A stretch of DNA of 63,455 nucleotides, filler included, from Octopus bimaculoides (GCF_001194135.2; 4 parts of 4 records of this genome joined end to end with filler, not necessarily neighbours in it); one strand, 5' to 3'. Shown: positions 1 through 11,785, counted from the first letter of the whole stretch. Numbers and translations: made by a program. The notes: generated by a model not told the origin, from the sequence alone.

Positions 1-29
1 TACACACACACACATTTATTTATATATAC

Positions 30-235
30 ATACATATATGTATGTGTTTGTCCGCCACCAACAATTGACAACCGGTATTGGTGTGTTTACGTCCCCGTTA
101 ACTAGCAGTTCGGCAAAAGAGACCAATAGAATAGGTCCTTGGCTTTACAGAAAATAATTACTGGGGTCGAAAGTTTGATTAAATTCTTCACGGTGGTGCC
201 TCTGCGTGTCCGTGGTCTAATGACTGAAACAGGTA
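30..235 (+). mobile_element. CORE-like SINE tail fragment
   Basis: ggtgtgtttacgtccccgtaact..gcagttcggcaaaagagacc...tgactgaaacag. Confidence 0.8.
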
Positions 236-1679
236 CAAGACGTATTTGTGCGCGTGCGCCCACAGGCATGCAGATACATGTAAGTTATGTATACGCATAT
301 ATCGACCCCGAAAAACATGAAAGGCAAAGTTGATCTCTGAAGAATTTGAACTCAGAACGTAAAGATTGAAGAAATGTCGATAACCATTTTGCTGGCATCG
401 CAACGCTTCTGCCTTCTGATGATGATTTACTGTCCACAAGGGCCCGAAACATTTTAGGATAATACAAACATACAATATTAAAAAAAAGGTGGGATTTACA
501 ACGATGAAATTGAAATAAACACACTAGAATTATAAAAACGAAAGGGGTAAAACTATAAAACCAACAAAAATTTGTATTTAAAACGATTTTCGTCTGCTTG
601 TATATATAATACACACATACATACACATACACTTCTGTGCTTTCTAGCACTATACGTTTACACGAGAAGCTTTCTCGAGACGAACGCTATAGTTTTGTGG
701 CTTTTGTTAGTTTATCCGCGTTAAGTAAAACAAACAGAGCGCTATTTAAATCTGATAAACTTGTCTAAGCATGCGGTTGATAGGGAATAAATACTTGCTA
801 CTGATGACGTGCACCAACACAGAAATTCTGATTTAGCAATTTCACCGCTGCTGTTGCTGGATTCTTTCCGTCAGCTGCTAATACATCCTTGTGCTTTTTA
901 ACAGTATACGTCTATACGAGAAACTTTCTCGAGACAAATACTGCAGCTTTGTGGCTTTCTATAATATATCCACGTTAACTAAAATATAGTATTGCTTTTG
1001 TCGCTAATAGGTTTGGCTTTCCATAATATATCCACGTTAACTAAAATGTAGTACTGCTTTTGTGGCTAATATGTTTTTACTCTTCTTACTGGCTTGCAGC
1101 AACTGTAATTTGTTAATCACTGCCAAATGTAGAAACTACATTAGTAGATACGAAATTTGTCTAAAAATGCGGTTGATAAGGGAATACTTTGCTCCTAATG
1201 ACGTGAAGTGACACAGAAATCCTAATCTATCAATTCCATCGCTGCTGCTTGACACTTTTCGTCTGCTCCAGATATACTTCTCTGCAGTTTAGCACTGTAC
1301 ATGTATACGCGAAGCTTTCTCAAACAAATACCACAGTTATGTGGCTTTCACTCGTTTATTCACGTTACAGACAATCGAGGCGCAACTCTTCGTTTTCTTT
1401 CTTTTGTTTCTTTTTCCGTTTTATTCACCATTTTGTCTTCTCGTTCTACTTTTTGCATCAACCTTCTCGTTTTTTCTCGTGCTTTCTCATCGACCAGCGT
1501 CCTTGTTTACAAATAGCTCTAACTAAGCGCACTGAGCCGAATTTTCCAACAAATCTTTTCAAACACTCAATCTACAGGATATAAGCGATTATTTGGTGAA
1601 AGTTTCGTAAAAACGTATCCATTGTTTTGGAAGTTATGAGGCAACAAAGTCGTGGAGTATTAAACTGTAGTTATACTTT

Positions 1680-1814
1680 TTTCAATAAACGCTAACGAAT
1701 TAACGTTAACTTCCATTACATTCTCAAAGAATTAACGATTAACGAAGTTAACTGTTTGGTTAACGGATTAACGATTAACGAAGTTAACTTTTCGATTAAC
1801 GGTGCCCACCTCTG
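1680..1814. mobile_element. One end of a hAT-like non-autonomous element with TAACG subterminal repeats
   Basis: Many taacg/ttaac motifs ending in ggtgcccacctctg (reverse complement CAGAGGTGGGCACC). The partner end was not found. Confidence 0.55.
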
Positions 1815-2694
1815 TATATATGTTTAGGCGTATATAAATGTGTGCATGTATATATATATTTTGCACACAATTGTGTGAATGTATAACTGTCTATATATGA
1901 ATATACATGTAACCCTACATGTATAAGTGTATAAGTATATATATACTTATACACTTATACATGTTTGCATCTGTATATGTATGTATAATGTGCTGTTCGA
2001 CGGCGAACCTTTGCCTCCAACCCATTTTTCATCGCTCCCACCTCAACCATGACACGTATATTAATTACACTTAATGCAGAACAGACTCACTACGTAGGTA
2101 ACTATTTACCACCCGGATATATACACTCACTCGCCACCAAATATCCTCTACATACATGCGTCAACAAGGACACACACGCATATACTTAAACATATATATA
2201 TATATATATATATATNNNNNNNNNNNNNNNNNNNNNNNNNNNNNNNNNNNNNNNNNNNNNNNNNNNNNNNNNNNNNNNNNNNNNNNNNNNNNNNNNNNNN
2301 NNNNNNNNNNNNNNNNNNNNNNNNNNNNNNNNNNNNNNNNNNNNNNNNNNNNNNNNNNNNNNNNNNNNNNNNNNNNNNNNNNNNNNNNNNNNNNNNNNNN
2401 NNNNNNNNNNNNNNNNNNNNNNNNNNNNNNNNNNNNNNNNNNNNNNNNNNNNNNNNNNNNNNNNNNNNNACACGCACATGCACACATACACGCTCTCACG
2501 CACCTCTATTCACCTTGCCCATCTCCCACCCTCACTACTGGCACACCCGTTTCCTCTGAACAGTTTAACATACAAATCAGGCGGCGTGAAATTAACGCTT
2601 TAACAACAACAACAACAACAACAACAAAACTCGGCAACAACCCCGGCAACATAGCAAAAATGTGATAATTGTTAGCACAACATCGTTACCATCG

Positions 2695-2729
<35 letters not shown>

Positions 2730-2862
2730 GTCATTATCGATATCTGACATCAACCATTCTAACCATCAATCTTCACCATCAGTTTCATTATCACACGCAC
2801 TTCCACCTCTCAGCTATCCTCCTCCTTCTCCCATTCTCATTCCTCCTCCTCTTCCTCTTCCT

Positions 2863-2893
<31 letters not shown>

Positions 2894-3093
2894 ATCATCA
2901 TCATCATCATCATTATCATCATCACTCAAAACATTTTCCCTGTCGATCACTGGGTGTCTGTGTATGCATATAATGCATATAGATGTGTATATGTATGCAC
3001 ATACATGTATGGATATGTGGATATGTGCCTACATATATCTATATATGTATATGTGTGTGTGTGTTGAAATAAATACAACATACATACATGTGT

Positions 3094-3241
3094 GTGTGGT
3101 AAGATTCTTGCTTCCCTACCACATGGTTCCGGGTTGAGTCCCACTGCGTGGCACTTTGGGCAAATGTCTTCTCTTTTATAGCCTTGGGCCGACCAAAGTC
3201 TTGTGAGTGAATTTGGCAGATGGAAAAGGAAAGAGGCCCGT

Positions 3242-3243
<2 letters not shown>
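3094..3243 (+). mobile_element. CORE-like SINE head fragment
   Basis: gtgtggtaagattcttgcttccc...ccactgcgtggcactttgggcaaatgtctt, followed by (AT)n(GT)n. Confidence 0.85.
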
Positions 3244-3317
<74 letters not shown>

Positions 3318-4344
3318 AGAAAAAGAAGAAAATTGAGAAATTGACGTATAGACATCAGTTTATTCAAATATATTCAAATCAATATAATATGAAATTCTTA
3401 TCCCTACAGCCGTTTCCATATCCAATTAGATATCTAATTTCTCTATTTTCTTCTTTTTCTTCATTCATAAATATTATAAATACCAATATACACCAATGCA
3501 AAGCTAAAGTATTTAGTTTTCACTGAACACTGGTACAAACCGGAGAAATAGGATGCAAACATCCCTTAAATGATTACAGGTCCTTGGCATGATTATATAA
3601 ATATATATATACTAAGTGGACTTTTCCTTTTTCTATCTCTTTTTTTTTTCTCTCATTCTCTTTTTTCTTTGTGATGTAATCTTGGGACTGAAAAATGTTT
3701 GCGGTTGAAGATAGCTTTAAACCGTCCTTTATATCAACAATATATACTGATGTAATGACAGTTTGTGTATAAAGCTTGAAACACGTCTACCGCGATATCC
3801 TTTGTGTTCTGTTTTCAATTTACGTTTTATATATATATATATNNNNNNNNNNNNNNNNNNNNNNNNNNNNNNNNNNNNNNNNNNNNNNNNNNNNNNNNNN
3901 NNNNNNNNNNNNNNNNNNNNNNNNNNNNNNNNNNNNNNNNNNNNNNNNNNNNNNNNNNNNNNNNNNNNNNNNNNNNNNNNNNNNNNNNNNNNNNNNNNNN
4001 NNNNNNNNNNNNNNNNNNNNNNNNNNNNNNNNNNNNNNNNNNNNNNNNNNNNNNNNNNNNNNNNNNNNNNNNNNNNNNNNNNNNNNNNNNNNNNNNNNNN
4101 NNNNNNNNNNNNAGGCATTTCATCAGTGATAAAAAAGAGACCTGTATCCATACATTCATACAGGAATACGTATACAGAATAACAACACACCCGAAAGGGG
4201 AAAGCCGAAATTTCAACCACAATCTTTTTTCTGTGTAAAACGTTTAAATAACTGCTCAGCAAAATCTTCCCATTTCAGAATTTTACAATCATTTCAAAGT
4301 CAGATAGGAGATACACTAAATAGACATTCCTCAAGCACAAACGA

Positions 4345-4387
<43 letters not shown>

Positions 4388-5404
4388 AAAACTACACTCT
4401 TTGAAGGGTACCAGGCGCTGTTTCACTTCAGTGATTGAGTACTCGAACAATTTCCTCTTTGAGTATCCAGCCATGAAATTGGTGGCGATGTTGGTGCTGG
4501 TAGAAATGACCTTTTGTTGTAGTGTTGTGTTTGTTGTGCAGAACTAAGTCACTTGGTATCTGTGGTCGGTAGTTATGGCGGTGATGGGGACATTTAAGAC
4601 GGTAGTTCCTGTGTTGGCTCCTATGACTACGGTGGTAACGATGAATATGATGATATGTTTGTGGTAATGGTGATGATGTTGGTGATGTGATGAGGATGAT
4701 GACGAATACTCTTGATCGTGATGATGACTACAATGATGATAGTCATAGAGACGATGATGCAAAGGGAAGAGAAAGAAGGAAAGACAGACACACAGACAGA
4801 GGGTGATGGGTGTGGGGGGAGAGACAGTGATGTCGACTCTCGTCTCTGATTGTTCTTTCGTGTTGTTTCTCCTCTGAAACTTTGCGGTTGACTTAGAATG
4901 GCGGCGAGATTTGATGTTTTGTTTTCACATCTAAGTGAGAGAGGAACCGGAAACTGGTGGTGGTGGTGGTGGTAATCCTACTGGTGATGCGTTGGTCCTG
5001 CTGGTATTGGGATAGTGGTATGGTTTTCCTTTCGTAGTCGGGGTTGTGGTGGTAGTAGTAATGGCCCTGGTTGTGGTGGTGGTTGTTTAGATGCCTTAGT
5101 AGTGGTGGTATTGTTTGTTTTTATTTGTGGTGGTGGTCGTCGTGGTAATATGGTTTTGCCATGGCTTTGATAGTAGTAGTAGTGATGGTCTTAGTGGTGG
5201 TGTCCGATACCGCTCATGTGGAAGCAGTAGCGGCGATAGTGGTGGTAATAATCTAATAGGACAAACAATGATGTTGATGTGTTGCTTGTTTTGTCGCGAT
5301 TTTGGCAAAAGAAACCGACAAAATAAATACCGGACTTAAACGTAGGTACTGGGGGTGGGGGTCAATTTGTACGATGAAACTCTCCTCAAGGCGAGGTTCC
5401 AGCA

Positions 5405-5530
5405 TGGCCGCAGTCGCCAGTCAACTCCAGCTTCGTAGAGGCCCACTTAACCGGAAGTCAACTTCACCGCAGACCAGCTCCGTAGCTAGCCCGTCTACAG
5501 TTCGTCTGTGATAAATCCTTGGGCAGTGCC
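5405..5530 (+). repeat. Left arm of an inverted repeat pair (partner at 7001-7140)
   Basis: The reverse complement of 7001-7140 aligns by eye, sharing cttaaccggaagtcaacttc..cgcagaccagctcc and cccgtctacagttcgtct...ccttgggcagtgccc. Confidence 0.85.
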
Positions 5531-5749
5531 CTACAGGGTAATAACAATTGGAACGTCTTTGATCATAGGCCTGTCTGCTGGATCAAGACTCACCTAGGGC
5601 TAAAGAACAACTGTGGCCATTAACTACAATACTCTACATTATATAACGTAGTCCTATCATAGATAGCAGCCTACAGACATTTTTTTATCCAGTGGTGTTA
5701 TGCTCAACGCCATAGGGTCGGCCCCGAGACCTGGTAGAGTTAAGCAAGA

Positions 5750-6895
5750 CGACCTGTGCTTCTACTACACACAGTTCGGGGGGAAAGGCTATGAAGTACA
5801 AACAACCATGTAGCTTCGGGACCCCTTGGCCGTCGGCCCCGGGAAACTCCAGGGCCGGCCGCCAGACACGATCAACTGCTCCTCTATGTCCGCGATCGAA
5901 GCTTCGGATGTAGGTTCTTAATCGACACAGGAGCTGAAGTCAGCGTAATCTCAGCCTCAGCAAGGGATTTCAGTTACGGAAAGCGGGGCCAAGCTTTAAC
6001 GGCCGCCAATGGCTCCACAATCGAGGTGTACGGTCGCCGCATCCTTTCTCTCAACATCGGTTCACAAAAATACACATGGGCATTCACCATCGCCGATGTC
6101 CATCAGCCCATTATCGATGCAGACTTTCTAACGTCTGAGGTGTACGGTCGCCGCATCCTTTCTCTCAACATCGGTTCACAAAAATACACATGGGCATTCA
6201 CTATCGCCGATGTCCATCAGCCCATTATCGATGCAGACTTTCTAACGTCTGCNNNNNNNNNNNNNNNNNNNNNNNNNNNNNNNNNNNNNNNNNNNNNNNN
6301 NNNNNNNNNNNNNNNNNNNNNNNNNNNNNNNNNNNNNNNNNNNNNNNNNNNNNNNNNNNNNNNNNNNNNNNNNNNNNNNNNNNNNNNNNNNNNNNNNCGA
6401 GGTGTACGGTCGCCGCATCCTTTCTCTCAACATCGGTTCACAAAAATACACATGGGCATTCACTATCGCCGATGTCCATCAGCCCATTATCGATGCAGAC
6501 TTTCTAACGTCTGCCCCATTATCGAACATACTTGCGACTGGTTGATTTGCAGGGGAGACGACTCATCAACAGCAACATACGCTTCCGTGTCTCTGGCAAC
6601 ATCTGCACATGCTGCCCCTCGCATAGCAATTGTCTCCCAGATCGAGGACGAATTCTCGAATCTCCTTGCGAGTCGCCCTAATATCACTACCCTGACATTC
6701 TCCAAACTTACAGCCCGCCACGGAATGACACCCCCCCCCCCCAGTGCACAGCCGCGCACGTCGTCTCTCACCAGAAACTTGCTTTCGCGAAGGCCGAGTT
6801 TGACAATATGGAGGGGTTGGTCATAGTTCGCCAATAAAGCAGTCGCTGGTCGTCACTCCTGCATGTGGCACCGAAACCCAACCCTTGGCAAGGAA
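5750..6895 (+). mobile_element. Ty3/Gypsy LTR-retrotransposon relic (gag C-terminus, aspartic protease, start of RT)
   Basis: Translations give a CFYYTQFGGKA...PCSF gag-like motif, RFLIDTGAEVSVI (DTG protease), and RRLSPEKLAFAKAEFDNM...SSRWSSLLHVAPKP (RT N-terminus). Frameshifts and stops are present. Confidence 0.9.
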
Positions 6896-7000
6896 CAGTC
6901 GCCAAAGAGCCGAATAATCACATGCACGAGCAGGGCAGTTAAAACGCCTTCCCGGTTCCAACGACAATCAACAGTTCTGGTGGTTGGGTAGTTATATATA

Positions 7001-7140
7001 GGGCACTGCCCAAGGCTTTGCGAGAGACGAACTGTAGACGGGAACTTCGCTATGGGCTAGCTAGGGAGCTGGTCTGCGGCGAAGTTGACTTCCGGTTAAG
7101 CAGATTTCTACGAAGCAGGAATTGACTGGCGGCTGTCGCC
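7001..7140 (-). repeat. Right arm of an inverted repeat pair (partner at 5405-5530)
   Basis: See the left arm. The copies are diverged, with one indel of about 12 bp. Confidence 0.85.
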
Positions 7141-8419
7141 CTCATGTGTTCAACTAAATGAATCTTTCACTAACATATTCTGGGTCGCCGTTATATTTTT
7201 TTGTGTATAGCTTCACTAAAGCTATAACCCTATCATTTATTCAGACATAGTGTATCTAGGACTACATTATCTAATGTATAGTAATTACAGTAGTTAGCAT
7301 CAGTTGCTCTAGTTGTTTAGCTCCAAATTAGTTCTATTCCATCAGATATGCGATTAAAGATGTTCCAGCTGTCTTAAAAGATAATACAGGGGTTGTAATT
7401 TAAGGGAGATTTGGTTGCTATTTCTAGCAGTTTAAGCAGCCTACACAGCCCCTTCTCTTCCTACCACCATTACTGTCCCTACTCTCATCACCACTTCTGT
7501 CTCGACCATTATCACTATCACCACCACTACCACCACTACTACTACTGTTACTACCTTTGTCACTGCCACGACCACCACAACTACCACTATTACCATTCAC
7601 TACCACTAGCACCACTACCCCCCATCACTACCACCACTATTAGCAATATCCACTAATACTACTACCTCTACCACCTCTACTACTACCACCAATACCACTA
7701 CCACTACAACCACCACTACCCCCACCATCATCATCACTGGCCCCTACTCTCACTCCGTCCCCACCCTACCACTAGCCACATACAAATGGTTTTCATATTA
7801 AGACTGACAGCTATTGTCTGATCTGGGGTAGATGAGGGTGGGTGGAAGTAGGAGGAGAAGAGTATGGACAAATAAACGAAGGTGGGTGGGGGGCATAAGT
7901 AAGTATACGTAGGAAGGGAGGGGTGGAATCGTTGAGTGACGGAGGAGTGCGCTTTGCGCAGGGGTGGGGTGAGACGTAGGGTGGCAGTCGGAGGTAATAA
8001 GGTCAGTTGAGGGGGGTAGGAAGAAGAGGAAAAGTAGAGAGCTAGTAGGAGGGACATGCGGTGGGTGAGTAGGGAGTTGTCTTGCGTGGGNNNNNNNNNN
8101 NNNNNNNNNNNNNNNNNNNNNNNNNNNNNNNNNNNNNNNNNNNNNNNNNNNNNNNNNNNNNNNNNNNNNNNNNNNNNNNNNNNNNNNNNNNNNNNNNNNN
8201 NNNNNNNNNNNNNNNNNNNNNNNNNNNNNNNNNNNNNNNNNNNNNNNNNNNNNNNNNNNNNNNNNNNNNNNNNNNNNNNNNNNNNNNNNNNNNNNNNNNN
8301 NNNNNGGGGGCTTCATGCGTTGGAACGAGGGTAGGGTAAATTCATAAACCAGAAGAGGATATGTGCGTGTTCAAAACCCCTTCGCACCCTCAATGAAAAA
8401 GCAGCCATGATACTAATAG

Positions 8420-9120
8420 GCTGAATAAAAGTTGGGATGGTCACGACTAGAACAGCTTTGGTCTGCTAGATCAGGGCTGACCTGTGCCTAAAACAACTAC
8501 TGTAGCCTCTAACTCTACTATAACTTACACGTTAGATAATGTAGTCCTAGATAGACGATGTCTGAATAAAAGATGGGATGGTCACATCTGGAACGTCTTT
8601 GATCATAGGTCCACTGGATCAGGACTGCCCTGGGACTAAGCAACCACTGTAGCCACGAATACTAACTACATTAGACAATGTACTCCTAGATACACCTAAA
8701 CAACAACTATAGCCACAAAAACTAATTTCTATGCTATACATGAGATAATATAGTCCTTGATACACAATGCCTGAATAAAAGATGGGATGGTCACAGATGG
8801 AGCATTTTTGATCATAGGGCTGTTGAATCGGGACTGACCTGGGGTTAAACAACAACAACAGCAATAGCCACTAATACTAACTCTTATACTGTACATTAGA
8901 TAATGTAGTCCTACTTCCACTGAATAATAGATGGGATGGTCACTGCTGGAACCTCTTTGATCATTGCCGCTAATACAAATTACTCAACATTAGACGCAGT
9001 CGTAGATGCACTATGTCTGAATAATAGATGGGAAGGTCACAGGTGGAACGTCTTTGATCATAGGTCTACTGGATCAGGACTGACCTGGGGCTAAACAGCA
9101 GCAGCAAGGGCCTTGAACAA
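8420..9120 (+). repeat. Tandem array of about 5 degenerate units (roughly 100-210 bp) of a dispersed repeat
   Basis: Anchor ctgaataaaagatgggatggtcac recurs with gggatggtcac-like cores at about 8434, 8575, 8784, 8933 and 9030. The units share tttgatcatagg, gactgacctggggctaaac and ttagataatgtagtcctag. Confidence 0.9.
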
Positions 9121-9960
9121 CAACTGTAGCGTGCAGAAAGACAGTGTGGTGGCGGTGAGAGTTGGAAACGGTTCAGAGTGGGAGTGAAAGTGGGAGNNNN
9201 NNNNNNNNNNNNNNNNNNNNNNNNNNNNNNNNNNNNNNNNNNNNNNNNNNNNNNNNNNNNNNNNNNNNNNNNNNNNNNNNNNNNNNNNNNNNNNNNNNNN
9301 NNNNNNNNNNNNNNNNNNNNNNNNNNNNNNNNNNNNNNNNNNNNNNNNNNNNNNNNNNNNNNNNNNNNNNNNNNNNNNNNNNNNNNNNNNNNNNNNNNNN
9401 NNNNNNNNNNNNNNNNNNNNNNNNNNNNNNNNNNNNNNNNNNNNNNNNNNNNNNNNNNNNNNNNNNNNNNNNNNNNNNNNNNNNNNNNNNNNNNNNNNNN
9501 NNNNNNNNNNNNNNNNNNNNNNNNNNNNNNNNNNNNNNNNNNNNNNNNNNNNNNNNNNNNNNNNNNNNNNNNNNNNNNNNNNNNNNNNNNNNNNNNNNNN
9601 NNNNNNNNNNNNNNNNNNNNNNNNNNNNNNNNNNNNNNNNNNNNNNNNNNNNNNNNNNNNNNNNNNNNNNNNNNNNNNNNNNNNNNNNNNNNNNNNNNNN
9701 NNNNNNNNNNNNNNNNNNNNNNNNNNNNNNNNNNNNNNNNNNNNNNNNNNNNNNNNNNNNNNNNNNNNNNNNNNNNNNNNNNNNNNNNNNNNNNNNNNNN
9801 NNNNNNNNNNNNNNNNNNNNNNNNNNNNNNNNNNNNNNNNNNNNNNNNNNNNNNNNNNNNNNNNNNNNNNNNNNNNNNNNNNNNNNNNNNNNNNNNNNNN
9901 NNNNNNNNNNNNNNNNNNNNNNNNNNNNNNNNNNNNNNNNNNNNNNNNNNNNNNNNNNNN

Positions 9961-10158
9961 NCATCACCATCATCGTCATCATCACCATCGTCATCACCAC
10001 CATCGTCATCACCATCATCGTCATCATCACCATCGTCATCATCACCATCGTCATCACCATCATCGTCATCATCACCATCGTCATCATCACCATCGTCATC
10101 ATCACCATCGTCATCATCACCATCGTCATCACCATCATCGTCGTCATCACCATCGTCA
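9961..10158. repeat. Compound trinucleotide repeat (CAT/CAC/CGT) with 15/18-bp higher-order units
   Basis: Directly visible; the adjacent N gap is probably a continuation. Confidence 0.95.
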
Positions 10159-10697
10159 TATATGTGAATAAGGACTAGACTGGTACTAGTACGAATAAGT
10201 GCTGGGGGCCGATCCGTTCGACTAAATTTTTTAAAGGTGGTGCCCCAGCATGGCCTCAGTCTGATGATGGTGCGACTGATTGAGAAAAACAGCTTTAGAA
10301 AGTCCTATTTATTCACTACATGTAAATCTACCTACAGATGCCATAATTTGTCTCATATCTGGATATCTATTTTCAGATGTTTTCATCTAGAATTTCATCT
10401 GGAGATAAATACGAGTTCTTCTGGAGATAAATCTCCAGATGAACTCATGTTTTATTTAGAGATCTACCTCCAGACCTCCAGATGAACTCGTGTTTTATTT
10501 AGAGATCTACCTCCAGACGTTTTAATCTTGAATCCTACTTTCAGAAACTTGATTCTCGTCTTTTTATATTATTTTCATTTGGAGACCTATCATCTCCAAT
10601 TGTTTAATCACGTCGTTTATCTGGACATCTGCCTCCAGACGTTTGGATCAAGCTGGGTTTCAAGACCGGCACCGCTGCGCTTCCTTTCTCTAATTCC

Positions 10698-11590
10698 GTC
10701 TCTTTTACTCTTCTACTTGTTTCAGTCATTTGACTGTGGCCATGCTGGAGCACCGCCTTTAGTCGAGCAAATCGACCCCAGGGTTTATTCTTTGTAAGCC
10801 GATTACTTATTCTATCGGTCTCTTTTGCCGAACCGCTAAGTTACGGGGACCTAAACACACCAGCATCGGTTGTCAAGCGATGTTGGGGGCACAAACATGC
10901 ACACGCTCATACATATATATATATATATTTATATATATATATATATATATNNNNNNNNNNNNNNNNNNNNNNNNNNNNNNNNNNNNNNNNNNNNNNNNNN
11001 NNNNNNNNNNNNNNNNNNNNNNNNNNNNNNNNNNNNNNNNNNNNNNNNNNNNNNNNNNNNNNNNNNNNNNNNNNNNNNNNNNNNNNNNNNNNNNNNNNNN
11101 NNNNNNNNNNNNNNNNNNNNNNNNNNNNNNNNNNNNNNNNNNNNNNNNNNNNNNNNNNNNNNNNNNNNNNNNNNNNNNNNNNNNNNNNNNNNNNNNNNNN
11201 NNNNNNNNNNNNNNNNNNNNNNNNNNNNNNNNNNNNNNNNNNNNNNNNNNNNNNNNNNNNNNNNNNNNNNNNNNNNNNNNNNNNNNNNNNNNNNNNNNNN
11301 NNNNNNNNNNNNNNNNNNNNNNNNNNNNNNNNNNNNNNNNNNNNNNNNNNNNNNNNNNNNNNNNNNNNNNNNNNNNNNNNNNNNNNNNNNNNNNNNNNNN
11401 NNNNNNNNNNNNNNNNNNNNNNNNNNNNNNNNNNNNNNNNNNNNNNNNNNNNNNNNNNNNNNNNNNNNNNNNNNNNNNNNNNNNNNNNNNNNNNNNNNNN
11501 NNNNNNNNNNNNNNNNNNNNNNNNNNNNNNNNNNNNNNNNNNNNNNNNNNNNNNNNNNNNNNNNNNNNNNNNNNNNNNNNNNNNNNNNNN

Positions 11591-11621
<31 letters not shown>

Positions 11622-11785
11622 ATGATGGGATTCTTTCAGTTTCCGTCTACCAATTGCGCTTACAAGGCTTTGGTCGGCTTGAGGCTATAGCAGAAGACAC
11701 TTGCCCAAGGTGCCACGTAGTGATGGGACCGAACCCGGAACCATGGTGTTGGGAAGCAAACTCTTACCGTATAACCACGCCTGCG
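10698..11785 (-). mobile_element. CORE-like tRNA-derived SINE with an internal microsatellite (spans an N gap)
   Basis: Tail acttgtttcagtcatttgact...gccatgctggagcacc, then (AT)n/(CA)n, then head acacttgcccaaggtgcc...gaacccggaaccatg. Same layout at 12781 and 42834. Confidence 0.88.

Noticed and set aside
2148-3067. Long ORFs rich in H/S/I/Y/C/V or X (also 9162-10178, 10870-11896, 14435-15589, 19276-19832, 51819-52113, 60282-60701)
   Set aside because: They are translations of microsatellites or N gaps.
8420-9120. CRISPR-like repeat-spacer appearance of the array
   Set aside because: Eukaryotic context. The intervening sequences are homologous to each other rather than unique spacers, the period is irregular, and there are no cas genes.
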